The notes below the pieces were generated by a model. It made no database searches. It was given only the letters and a program-made list of their open reading frames with translations, and was not told the origin of the DNA. A program made the translations under genes and the position numbers. Below are positions 58,053 to 64,000 of a stretch of DNA of 64,000 bases, piece after piece. The stretch's first letter is position 1; each line of letters opens with the position of its first letter. This DNA comes from Candidatus Multivorans sp. Lineage in GTDB: Bacteria; Acidobacteriota; Thermoanaerobaculia; Multivoradales; Multivoraceae. Where the stretch lies: contig OZ251997.1 in assembly GCA_965247095.1 (NCBI GenBank), positions 3,520,001-3,584,000 of the forward strand. Direction: 5' to 3'.

Positions 58053-58949
58053 TCAGGGAGGTCCGATCAGCTCGTTCACCGAGCTCTCGAAGCCGGTCTC
58101 GGGCCGGTCCCGCCGCAGTCGGCGGGCGGCGAGGCCTTCGACGATGCGCCGCGGCTGGATCGAGCGCAGCCGCAATCGGTGGGCATCGAGCAGGTCGGCG
58201 GAGAGGGCCAGGGCGGCGGCGCGGTCGCTGCGGTCTTCCAGGGCGCCGGCCGCTTCCGCCAGCGCGGCGGCGATCCGCGTCCAGCCCCGGCGCGCCCGAA
58301 TGTCCTCGAAGCCCCCTCCTTCGAGCAGGCGTTCGGCCAGGGCCGAGACCCACAGAGCGAAGGCGTCATCGGCCGGACGCTGGCGCCACAGGTCGACCAG
58401 GTCGGAGGCCAGTTCCTCGTCGGCGCCGGCGCCCGCGGCATCGCCGGCGCCGAGGTAGACGGTCAGCGACCGGCTGCGCAGGGTGGGCAGCAGCTCGCTG
58501 GCCGACGAGGCCAGCAGCAGGAAGTTCCTGGGCGACCTGTCGGCCGGCTCCTCGAGGGTCTTGAGCAGCACGTTCGCTCCCGCCGGATGCAGGGCCTCCG
58601 CTTCGACGATGACGAACACCTGGCCCCGGGCCTCGAACGGCGACACCTGGGCCGTCTGCAAGAGGGCTCTGACCTTGTCCACGGGGATGACCGTCTCTCT
58701 CTTCTTCGGATCGCGGCGCACAAACACGAAGTCGGGATGGAAGACGCCGTCGTCCTCGATGTCGATCCGCCGGCAGTGTCGGCACTCGCCGCAGGGCCGT
58801 GCTGCCGGCGCCCGTTCGCACAGCAGCGCCCGGGCGATCTCGCAGGCGAGGTCGAGCCGATGCGTCGCCTCGCCCCCGTGGAGGATCACCGAGGCGTACA
58901 GCCGGCCCGCGGCAGCAAGCCCTGGCAGTTGCGCCGCGGCCCGGCTCAT
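58053..58949 (-). CDS. holB: DNA polymerase III delta-prime-like subunit
   Basis: LLC...PCGECRHC, HPDF, ANVLLKTLEEP, LLPTLRSRS; follows tmk. Confidence 0.85.
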   Translation of the reverse strand: MSRAAAQLPGLAAAGRLYASVILHGGEATHRLDLACEIARALLCERAPAARPCGECRHCRRIDIEDDGVFHPDFVFVRRDPKKRETVIPVDKVRALLQTAQVSPFEARGQVFVIVEAEALHPAGANVLLKTLEEPADRSPRNFLLLASSASELLPTLRSRSLTVYLGAGDAAGAGADEELASDLVDLWRQRPADDAFALWVSALAERLLEGGGFEDIRARRGWTRIAAALAEAAGALEDRSDRAAALALSADLLDAHRLRLRSIQPRRIVEGLAARRLRRDRPETGFESSVNELIGPP

Positions 58950-59593
58950 GCGCCGGCCGCCCTGTCACGCTGCGGTGGATCGAGGATGTCGCCCAGCGCC
59001 TCCTCGACTGCCCCCGCCACCGTTTCGATCGGCGCCGCCGCGTCGATGACGCGGAAGCGCGCCGGTTCGCCCGCGATCCGCTCCCGGAACGCGGCATGGA
59101 CGCGGCGGTAGAAGGCCAGGCTCTCCCGGTCGATGCGGTCGGCGGCACGGCCGCGCCGCCGCCGCTGCGCCTCCTCGGGCGGCAGGTCGAAGAAGAGGGT
59201 GCGGTCGGGCGCGCGGCAGCCGGTGGCGAGCCGGTCCGCCTCGGCGATCGACTCCGGCTGTACGCCCCGGCCGCCGCCCTGGTAGGCGTAGGTGGAATCC
59301 GTGAAGCGGTCGCACAGAACGACGGCGCCGGCGGCCAGGGCCGGCTCGATGACTTCGATCAGGTGCTGGCGACGGCTGGCGAACACCAGCATCAGCTCGA
59401 CCACACCGTCGACCTGCGCCGCCTCCCTTCTCAGGAACAGCTCGCGCAACAGGTCGGCGAAGGGCGTGCCGCCCGGCTCCCGGGTGACTACGTGGGCGAC
59501 CCCACGCCGTTCGAGCCGCGCCGCCACGCGTTCGAGCTGCGTCGATTTGCCGCTGCCGTCGAGACCCTCGAAGGTGATGAACCGCCCGGTCAT
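58946..59593 (-). CDS. tmk: Thymidylate kinase
   Basis: FITFEGLDGSGKSTQ, TREPGGT, LCDRFTDSTYAYQG. Confidence 0.95.
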   Translation of the reverse strand: MTGRFITFEGLDGSGKSTQLERVAARLERRGVAHVVTREPGGTPFADLLRELFLRREAAQVDGVVELMLVFASRRQHLIEVIEPALAAGAVVLCDRFTDSTYAYQGGGRGVQPESIAEADRLATGCRAPDRTLFFDLPPEEAQRRRRGRAADRIDRESLAFYRRVHAAFRERIAGEPARFRVIDAAAPIETVAGAVEEALGDILDPPQRDRAAGA

Positions 59594-59649
59594 CCGGCCG
59601 CCATGCTAGCGCCGACACTCCGGTAGAGTGAGCCGCTGAGGAGGCGACG

Positions 59650-60735
59650 TTGAACACAGAGAATTCAGCACCGAAGAATCGGCCTGCCTGGAGAGTCCAC
59701 GCGGCGCTCTACGCGGTCCTGGTGGCGGTGATCGCGGTCCTGGTTCTGCGGCCCGAATCCGGGGTCTCGGCCCAGGAGGAGCCCTTGCAGGACCAGGCTG
59801 CGGCGCGGCTCGACGGCGTGGACATCGGCCATGGCGAGGCGCTGGATCGGGCGGCCGCGCAGTTGGACCAGTTGGAGCAGCAGCGCATCCAGTGCGACCT
59901 GCAGGTCAACTCCGAGCGGCACAGCCTGATCGAGCGGACGCTCGAGGGAATCGTGCGCGACCGCCTGGTTGTTGCCGGCGCCGAGAGCGAGGGTCTGGCG
60001 CCCGAAGTCTGGCGGGAGGCGGAGATGGAGCGCCTCCAGGCCGAGCTGTCGGACGAGGACATCGACGCCTTCTTTACCGAGAACCAAGGCCGCATCCGGG
60101 GTGAGCGGGAGGAACTCGAACCGCAGGTCCGGGTGTACCTGGCCCAGCAGCGGTTCGTGGAGTTTCTCGAGGACGGGCACGAGATCGAGTACCTCCTCGA
60201 GCCGTACCGCGTCGAGGTCGATCCCGGGACCGGGCCGGCACGGGGCGAGGCCGAGGCGCCGGTGACGATCGTGGAGTGGTCGGACTTCGAGTGCCCGTAT
60301 TGCAAGCGGGTTCTGCCAACCCTGGAACAGATCTTCGAGGAATACCCGACGGAGGTGCGCTTGGTGTTCCGTCACTTCCCGCTGCACGCGATCCATCCCA
60401 ACGCCCAGGCCGCGGCCGAGGCCGCGGTGTGCGCCCAGGACCAGGGCGCCTTCTGGGAGCTGCACGACCTGATGTTCGAGGAGCAAGGCGCGCTTGGTGT
60501 GGACGACCTCAAGGACAAGGCGGAGCGGGCCGGCCTCGACGCGGAGGCCTTCGCGGGCTGCATGGAGGCCGAGGACACGCCGGATCGCGTGGAGGCCGAC
60601 CGGCAGGCCGGGATCCTGGCCGGGGTCAACGGTACGCCGGCGCTATTCGTGAACGGCCGGCCGCTCGCGGGGGCGGTCGCCTATGAGGATCTGGCCGGCG
60701 TGGTCGAGGACGAGCTCGAGCGGGCGGGTGGCTAG
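59650..60735 (+). CDS. DsbA-family thioredoxin-fold protein with N-terminal helical domain
   Basis: EWSDFECPYC, FRHFPL, GVNGTPALFVNG; N-terminal TM/signal. Confidence 0.9.
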   Translation: MNTENSAPKNRPAWRVHAALYAVLVAVIAVLVLRPESGVSAQEEPLQDQAAARLDGVDIGHGEALDRAAAQLDQLEQQRIQCDLQVNSERHSLIERTLEGIVRDRLVVAGAESEGLAPEVWREAEMERLQAELSDEDIDAFFTENQGRIRGEREELEPQVRVYLAQQRFVEFLEDGHEIEYLLEPYRVEVDPGTGPARGEAEAPVTIVEWSDFECPYCKRVLPTLEQIFEEYPTEVRLVFRHFPLHAIHPNAQAAAEAAVCAQDQGAFWELHDLMFEEQGALGVDDLKDKAERAGLDAEAFAGCMEAEDTPDRVEADRQAGILAGVNGTPALFVNGRPLAGAVAYEDLAGVVEDELERAGG

Positions 60736-61432
60736 GGGCGCCGATCCGAGCGTTCCGGTCTTCGTGCCCTATAGGCCGCCTCGCGTCGAGCCCGGGGAAA
60801 TGGAGTGCCGGGCGGACCGGATCTTCGAGGAGTTCGACCGTCGGCGGAGCGTTCGCTTCTTCACCGACGAGCCGGTGCCCCGCCGGCTGATCGAACGGGC
60901 GATCGAGGCCGCGTCGACCGCGCCGTCGGGGGCGCATCGCCAGCCGTGGCGGTTCGTGGCGGTCAGCGACGCCGGGATCAAGGCACGGATCCGGGAGGCG
61001 GCGGAGGCCGAAGAGAAGCACAGCTATCTCGGTGGGCGCATGCCGGACGAGTGGCTGGAGGCGCTCAAGCCGCTGGGCACGGACTGGCGGAAACCGTTCC
61101 TGACCACGGTGCCCTGGATCGTCGTCGTGTTCGCCGAACTCTTCGGCTTCGACGAGCAGGGGGCGAAGCGGAAGAACTACTACGTCAAGGAGAGCGTCGG
61201 CATGGCCTGCGGCCTCTTCATCGCCGCCCTGCACGGGATGGGACTCGCCACCCTGACCCACACGCCGAGCCCGATGGCGTTCCTGAGCGAGATCCTCGAG
61301 CGGCCGCCGAACGAGAAGCCGTACATCCTGTTTCCGGTCGGCTACCCGGCGCCGGACTGCGAGGTGCCCGACCTGCGGCGCAAGGCGCTGTCCGAAGTGG
61401 CGGTGTGGCACCCGGGTGGCGGCGGCGACTGA
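60728..61432 (+). CDS. Nitroreductase superfamily, iodotyrosine deiodinase-like
   Basis: RRSVRFF, APSGAHRQPWRF, IREAAEAEE..SY, LGTDWRKPFL, YYVKESVGMACG, LTHTPSP. Confidence 0.85.
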   Translation: MARGADPSVPVFVPYRPPRVEPGEMECRADRIFEEFDRRRSVRFFTDEPVPRRLIERAIEAASTAPSGAHRQPWRFVAVSDAGIKARIREAAEAEEKHSYLGGRMPDEWLEALKPLGTDWRKPFLTTVPWIVVVFAELFGFDEQGAKRKNYYVKESVGMACGLFIAALHGMGLATLTHTPSPMAFLSEILERPPNEKPYILFPVGYPAPDCEVPDLRRKALSEVAVWHPGGGGD

Positions 61433-61442
61433 GCGGCGACAG

Positions 61443-61498
61443 CATGATGGTCTCATCCTGGCCGGCGGTGTCGGCTCGCGGTTCTGGCCGGTGAGCAG
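61443..61498 (+). repeat. Diverged tandem duplicate of the first 19 codons of manC
   Basis: Matches 61501-61557; over the 19 codons it differs by a 1-bp deletion and 5 synonymous changes. Confidence 0.85.
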
Positions 61499-61501
61499 GA
61501 C

Positions 61502-62557
61502 ATGATCGGTCTCATCCTGGCCGGCGGCGTAGGCTCCCGCTTCTGGCCGGTGAGCAGAAGGCGCCGCCCGAAGCAACTCCTCGATCTGCTCGGGGGCGGC
61601 GCCCTGGTGGCCGCCACCGCACGCCGGATCGAGCCGCTCTGCGGCGCGGACGGGATCTGGGTCTGCACCACGGAGGAGCTGGCGCCCGCGGTCGCGGCCG
61701 AGCTGCCGGGGCTTGCGGCGTCACGCATCCTGGGCGAGCCGAGCGGCCGCAACACGGCGCCGGCGATCGGCTGGGCGGTGTGTTCGATGCCGGTGGACGT
61801 ACGGGAGGACGTGATCGCGGTGTTTCCGTCCGACCACTGGGTCGCCGACGAGGAGGCGTTCCGCCTGGCGATTCGCCGGGGTGTGGAGGCGATCGAGCGC
61901 GGCGATCACGAGGTGGTCACCGTCGGCGTGGCGCCCGTGTGGCCCGAAACCGGCTACGGCTACCTGGAAGTTGCGGCGTCAGGGTCCCTGGGCAGCGTGG
62001 AGCGGGTGGTGCGGTTCACCGAGAAGCCGGACGCGGAGACGGCGGCCCGCTTCAAAGCCTCCGGCCTCCACTTCTGGAACGCCGGGATCTTCCTGTTCCG
62101 GGGTTCCGTTCTGCTCGATCTCTACCGCCGGCACCTGCCCGAGCTGGCCGCCGGCCTCGAGCGTCTGGCGGCGGAGGGCGTCGACCCGGAGCGCCGGCGT
62201 GCGATCTACGCCGGGTTGGAGTCGGTGTCGATCGACTACGGACTGATGGAGCGGTTGTCCTCGATCGGCTCTGTCGTCGCCGATTGCGGTTGGAACGACC
62301 TCGGCTCCTGGGCGTCTCTGGCGGAGGCGTTGCCGGCGGACAGCGATGGCAACCGGACGGTGGGCGACGCTTTCGCCGTCGATGCCCGCGACAACCTCCT
62401 GTTCGCCGACGCCGGCACCGTGGCGGCGATCGGCGTCGAGGGTCTGGCCATAGTCAGGACCGGCGACGCCGTGCTCGTCGTGCCGCGGGAGCGGGCGCAG
62501 GACGTGCGGCTTATTGTGGAGCAGTTGCAGGCCCTCGGCCGCCGGGAACTGCTCTGA
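61502..62557 (+). CDS. manC: Mannose-1-phosphate guanylyltransferase
   Basis: LILAGGVGSRFWPVSR, PKQLL, EPSGRNTAPA, PSDH, PETGYGYL, FTEKP, SIDYGLME, GWNDLGSW. Confidence 0.92.
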   Translation: MIGLILAGGVGSRFWPVSRRRRPKQLLDLLGGGALVAATARRIEPLCGADGIWVCTTEELAPAVAAELPGLAASRILGEPSGRNTAPAIGWAVCSMPVDVREDVIAVFPSDHWVADEEAFRLAIRRGVEAIERGDHEVVTVGVAPVWPETGYGYLEVAASGSLGSVERVVRFTEKPDAETAARFKASGLHFWNAGIFLFRGSVLLDLYRRHLPELAAGLERLAAEGVDPERRRAIYAGLESVSIDYGLMERLSSIGSVVADCGWNDLGSWASLAEALPADSDGNRTVGDAFAVDARDNLLFADAGTVAAIGVEGLAIVRTGDAVLVVPRERAQDVRLIVEQLQALGRRELL

Positions 62558-62571
62558 GCGCACTTCCCATC

Positions 62572-63294
62572 GTGGTCTGGGGCGGACCCGGCGCGCCGGC
62601 AACACAAGGCGCCGGCGCCGGGTTGCGCGACCTCGCGTCGTGCCGGTCCGAGTTGCTGGCGGCGCTTGAGGAGCGCTCGGACTGGGAGGTCGAACTCGGC
62701 TTCGGCAAGGGCCGGTTCCTGCTCGCGTCGGCCGCCGCCGAGCCCGGCCGTCCCTTCCTGGGCGTCGAGATCGTTTCGAAGTACTTCCGGCTGGCGGCGC
62801 GGCGGGCAGCAGCGCGAGGTCTCGGGAACCTCACCCTGCTCCGCGGCGAGGCGCTCTACCTGATCTCGACCCTGTTGCCCGGGGCGATGGCGCGCACCGT
62901 CCACATCTACTTCCCCGACCCGTGGCCCAAGAGCCGGCACCACCGCCGCCGGCTGCTCGACCCGCGCACCGTCGATCTTGTGCTGTCGCTGCTCGAGCCG
63001 TCCTCGGGACGGTTGTGCTTCGCCACCGACCACCTCGAGTACGGCGAGGCGGTGGTGGAGACGCTGGAGGTTCATCCGGCGGTCGAGGTCGAGCGTCTGC
63101 CCGGCGGCTGGCCCGAGGGGCCGCGCACGAACTACGAGGCGAAGTTCGAGGCGGAGGGCCGGCCCATCGTGCGGCTGGTGGCGCGGCTTCGGCCCGGCGC
63201 TGCCAGCCTGCTTCATCCGGGCGGCCGGGCGGCCATCATGGTCGCGCCGGCCGCGGCGGATCAGCTCGAGAGCGCGAGCCGCACCTCGTCGTAG
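62572..63294 (+). CDS. trmB: tRNA (guanine-N7)-methyltransferase
   Basis: ELGFGKG, LGVE, FPDPWPKSRHHRRRL, FATD, TNYE.KF. The start codon is uncertain. Confidence 0.85.
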   Translation: MVWGGPGAPATQGAGAGLRDLASCRSELLAALEERSDWEVELGFGKGRFLLASAAAEPGRPFLGVEIVSKYFRLAARRAAARGLGNLTLLRGEALYLISTLLPGAMARTVHIYFPDPWPKSRHHRRRLLDPRTVDLVLSLLEPSSGRLCFATDHLEYGEAVVETLEVHPAVEVERLPGGWPEGPRTNYEAKFEAEGRPIVRLVARLRPGAASLLHPGGRAAIMVAPAAADQLESASRTSS

Positions 63295-64000
63295 ACGGCG
63301 TCGCTGCAGTAAACCCGGTAGCGATCAATCCGCCTTAGGTGCCGCATGAAGTGGCTGGCTTCCTCGAGCGGCAGAAGCCGGCCGTCCGTCTGACGCACGG
63401 GCACCCGGCCGCGGCCGAGGCGGTGCGGGTCCTTGGCCGAGTTCGAGACTAGGAGACCTCTGCCGTAGCGCTCGCGCAGGGGTTCGAGGCGTCGTTCGAA
63501 CGCGGTCTTCTGCTCCGGCGCCAGGTGCTCATCGGTTTCGTGGGCGAGCCGGAAGTGGGCGCGGTCGGTGATGGCGCGCGCGTGCAGGCTGTCCGAACGC
63601 CGCATCCTGGACATCATCTCGCCGTCGTCGTCGGCCAGGAAGCGCTCGGGATCGCTGCTCCAGGCGATCCCCTGCTCGTGCAGCCACTCGTTCAGGTGGA
63701 GCTCCAGGGCCTTGCCGGTGACGTGGAAGTAGACCTGCGCGAACATGTAGTAGCGGGCCAGGATCAGGCTCTCGACCGCGTGCAGGCCCTCGGCGTCGAT
63801 GCCCAGGCGGTGTTCCCCGGTCGCGTCGTCGTAGAGGGGCCGCACCGTCGAGACCACCTGGTCGAGGTCGAAGTTGCCGTAGCGGACGCCGCAGAACAGC
63901 GAGTCGCGCAGCAGGTAGTCCATCTTGTCGACGTCGAGCTCGCCGCTGACGATGGGCGAGAGCAGGCGCTCCGGTCCGTCGAGACGGTCGCCGAGCAGCC
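63261..64000 (-). CDS. HD-domain phosphohydrolase (SAMHD1-like dNTPase family), 5' end outside window
   Basis: IVSGELDVDKMDYLLRDSLFCGVRYG, ARYYMFAQVYFH. Confidence 0.85.
   Translation of the reverse strand, partial: LLGDRLDGPERLLSPIVSGELDVDKMDYLLRDSLFCGVRYGNFDLDQVVSTVRPLYDDATGEHRLGIDAEGLHAVESLILARYYMFAQVYFHVTGKALELHLNEWLHEQGIAWSSDPERFLADDDGEMMSRMRRSDSLHARAITDRAHFRLAHETDEHLAPEQKTAFERRLEPLRERYGRGLLVSNSAKDPHRLGRGRVPVRQTDGRLLPLEEASHFMRHLRRIDRYRVYCSDAVYDEVRLALSS

Overview
High-GC bacterial chromosomal window. It is probably Acidobacteriota (tandem GWxTD-VWA proteins, TPR-Slt, FmdB zinc ribbon), possibly a host- or sponge-associated lineage; the taxonomy is inference only. A housekeeping backbone (apgM, maf, cysteine desulfurase-mnmA, rsmI, prfA-prmC, hydA plus ureidopropionase, a sigma54 two-component pair, comF, tRNA-Sec, tRNA-Ala, moeA, pilC, holB-tmk, manC, trmB) is interrupted by accessory blocks. 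These are: (i) an AAA_21/AAA/DUF3226 defence-like block at the left edge; (ii) a locus with a near-consensus sigma70 promoter, a ~360-nt structured leader, and a tandem family of uncharacterised Cys-paired secreted proteins (2 intact, 2 eroded) next to glycan export/modification genes; (iii) a 14.4-21.5 kb defence-like island with a duplicated cassette, an IS481 relic, two SLATT-like genes, a small protein + aspartyl protease pair and a 1372-aa HigA-HTH/nuclease-like fusion; (iv) an IS1595 relic followed by a putative YHGYP toxin + degenerate ImmA-like pair; (v) an uncharacterised asparagine-synthase-like / RaSEA-like radical SAM / flavin halogenase operon near an iodotyrosine-deiodinase-like gene. 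Integration-type scars occur at the tRNA-Sec 3' end and the manC 5' end, and many accessory genes show deletional erosion. All family assignments come from motif recognition; no database search was run.
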